Virus record (IMG/VR): IMGVR_UViG_2698536647_000005
Origin: a virus
Lineage: Duplodnaviria; Heunggongvirae; Uroviricota; Caudoviricetes
DNA: 25,289 nt
Strand: one strand, 5' to 3'
Position numbers and translations under genes: made by a program. The notes under the pieces were generated by a model. That model had not been told where the DNA came from and did not search any database. It saw nothing but the letters and a program-made list of their open reading frames with translations. Positions within the stretch are counted from its first letter, which is position 1. Every line of letters begins with the position of its first letter. Shown here piece after piece: positions 23,630 to 25,289 of this stretch.

Positions 23630-24947
23630 TCTCCCGCACATTGCCAGTATGGCCTTCAATGAGCCGCTTTTACTTGAACCCGCCTATGCGCGGGTTTTCT
23701 TTTGTGCTCTCGCTGGTCAGTTAGGTATCACCCGTCTGACCGACACCGTGTCGGGCGTGACGCTAGGTGCAGAGCAGATGGCTGAACCGCTGGCTCTCTT
23801 TGGTGATGATGAGGACATGGGCCCAAAACCAGCGCGAAGCTACCAGGTTACTGATGGTATCGCGGTGCTGCCTGTTTCCGGGACGCTGGTCAGTAAAACC
23901 CGCTCACTCCAGCCGTATTCGGGGATGACGGGGTACAACGGCATCATCGCCCGCCTCCAGCAGGCAATCAGCGATCCGGGTGTAGACGGCATTCTTCTGG
24001 ATATGGATACGCCAGGTGGAATGGTGGCGGGTGCCTTTGACTGTGCGGACATCATCGCCCGCATGCGGGATATCAAACCCATCTGGGCGTTAGCCAACGA
24101 TATGAACTGCAGCGCTGGCCAGCTGATTGCCAGTGCGGCATCACGTCGGCTTGTGACCCAGACGGCCAGAACGGGATCCATCGGGGTCATGATGGCCCAC
24201 AGCAATTACGGCGCCGCCCTTAAAACCAGCGGCGTTGAGGTCACGCTGATTTACAGCGGCGATCACAAGGTGGACGGGAACCCCTACGAGAAATTACCCA
24301 AAGAGGTACGCGCAGATTTTCAGGCGCGTATCGACGCTACCCGGCAGATGTTCGCTGAAAAGGTGGCGGGTTATACCGGCATGTCGGTTCAGGCCGTTCT
24401 TGATACTGAAGCAGCTGTGTTTTCAGGCCAGGAATCAGTTGACAACGGCCTGGCGGAGCAGCTGGTCAACAACATGGATGCGCTGAACGTTATGCGCGAT
24501 GCAATTAACAAACGAACGATGATTTCCCGAGGAGGAAGCATGAAAGGTACTACTGCATCCGCAGATACCACTCAACCAGCAGCATCTGCTGACCAGACCG
24601 TGACCACCGTTGACGTGCCTGCTGCGGTCGTTACTGACCCTGCAGCGGGCGCAACTGTTGATATCAGCAGCCAGGTGGCAGCGGCGGTCGCAGCCGAAAA
24701 CGGTCGCATTATGGGGATCCTGAACTGTGAAGAGGCGAAAGGGCGTGAATCACAGGCGCGCGCGCTGGCGGAAACGCCCGGGATGACGGTGGAAAGTGCC
24801 CAGCGCATCCTTGCCGCGGCTCCTCTGAGTGCTCAGGCGCGTACGGATACCGCGCTGGATCGTCTGATGGAAACCGCACCCGGCACCATAACGGCAGGTA
24901 GCGCTTCTGCCGAAGCGGGTGACGATTTGTTAAATACGCCTGTTTAA
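23610..24947 (+). CDS. C: Head maturation protease / minor capsid protein C (ClpP/S49-like), about 445 aa
   Basis: Matches lambda gpC from [18 protein letters not shown] onward. Start at ATG 23610 with a GGAGGGG ribosome-binding site; the track ORF starts 5 codons upstream. Confidence 0.9.
   Translation: MTPELRNLPHIASMAFNEPLLLEPAYARVFFCALAGQLGITRLTDTVSGVTLGAEQMAEPLALFGDDEDMGPKPARSYQVTDGIAVLPVSGTLVSKTRSLQPYSGMTGYNGIIARLQQAISDPGVDGILLDMDTPGGMVAGAFDCADIIARMRDIKPIWALANDMNCSAGQLIASAASRRLVTQTARTGSIGVMMAHSNYGAALKTSGVEVTLIYSGDHKVDGNPYEKLPKEVRADFQARIDATRQMFAEKVAGYTGMSVQAVLDTEAAVFSGQESVDNGLAEQLVNNMDALNVMRDAINKRTMISRGGSMKGTTASADTTQPAASADQTVTTVDVPAAVVTDPAAGATVDISSQVAAAVAAENGRIMGILNCEEAKGRESQARALAETPGMTVESAQRILAAAPLSAQARTDTALDRLMETAPGTITAGSASAEAGDDLLNTPV
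24540..24947 (+). CDS. nu3: Putative scaffold protein Nu3, nested in frame within the 3' third of C, about 135 aa
   Basis: Internal in-frame ATG at 24540 with a strong GAGGAGGAAGC ribosome-binding site. A nested in-frame scaffold gene is the known lambda arrangement. Confidence 0.55.
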   Translation: MKGTTASADTTQPAASADQTVTTVDVPAAVVTDPAAGATVDISSQVAAAVAAENGRIMGILNCEEAKGRESQARALAETPGMTVESAQRILAAAPLSAQARTDTALDRLMETAPGTITAGSASAEAGDDLLNTPV

Positions 24948-24956
24948 GAGGTCAAC

Positions 24957-25289
24957 ATGTCTAACACTGAACAATTTACGCACAACCAGCCCCTCGGGAA
25001 CAGTGATCCGGCGCATACCGGTTTTGCACCTGGTGAACTGACGAAAGCAGTACCGGCGATGACGCCCCTGATGCTGGATGCCACTTCCGGCAAGCTGACC
25101 GTCTGGGATGGTGCTCATGCTGGCGCGGCAATGGGCATCCTGGCTGTAACCGCAGACCAGAACAGCGCGGAACTGGCATATTACAAATCTGGCTCTTTCC
25201 GTATTGAAGATGTCCTCTGGCCATCTGCCGTCACCGACGACAACATTAAACGTAACGCGTTCGCCGGTACTGCAATCAGCATCGTTTAA
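24957..25289 (+). CDS. D: Head decoration protein D, 110 aa
   Basis: Matches lambda gpD ([13 protein letters not shown] ... AMTPLMLD ... [10 protein letters not shown]). Complete, with stop at 25287-25289. Confidence 0.9.
   Translation: MSNTEQFTHNQPLGNSDPAHTGFAPGELTKAVPAMTPLMLDATSGKLTVWDGAHAGAAMGILAVTADQNSAELAYYKSGSFRIEDVLWPSAVTDDNIKRNAFAGTAISIV

Noticed and set aside
22089-24808. Alternative-frame and antisense ORFs inside portal B and protease C
   Set aside because: The B and C frames are supported by near full-length similarity to lambda gpB and gpC; no independent support for the overlapping frames.

Overview
This window is an almost complete left-to-middle section of a lambdoid (lambda-like) prophage of an enterobacterial host, running from the integrase gene to head gene D. 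All calls are from reading the sequence and the supplied ORF track; no database search was run. Order of content: (1) a leftward early operon on the minus strand, 1-5804: tyrosine integrase, excisionase-like protein, DEDDh exonuclease, several translationally coupled hypothetical genes, an HD-domain hydrolase and an RdgC-like protein; (2) an immunity region, 6100-7850: two convergent, overlapping zinc-finger ORFs, pL/OL, a terminator, a CI-type LexA-like repressor, a divergent pRM/pR operator region and a Cro-like gene; (3) a rightward early/replication/nin region, 7856-14143: YdaT/CII-like protein, replication initiator with internal iterons, Dam-type methyltransferase fused to an unknown C-terminal domain, RusA, Rha/KilAC antirepressor-like protein, HNH-like DUF968 protein and a Cys-rich Q-like antiterminator candidate; (4) a pR'-like promoter and terminator, a low-GC reverse-strand orphan gene, and a cluster of three tRNAs plus one aberrant tRNA-like element; (5) about 700 bp of non-coding DNA with three intrinsic terminators; (6) a P21-type lysis cassette: dual-start pinholin, SAR endolysin, Rz and embedded Rz1; (7) three small cargo genes; (8) a lambda-type cos site followed by head genes nu1, A, W, B, C (with nested nu3) and D, which closely match phage lambda. 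The most interesting candidates for undescribed biology are the cargo genes at 14252-15202 and 17790-19155, the non-coding block at 15637-16380, the aberrant tRNA-like element, the methyltransferase fusion and the overlapping zinc-finger gene pair beside pL.
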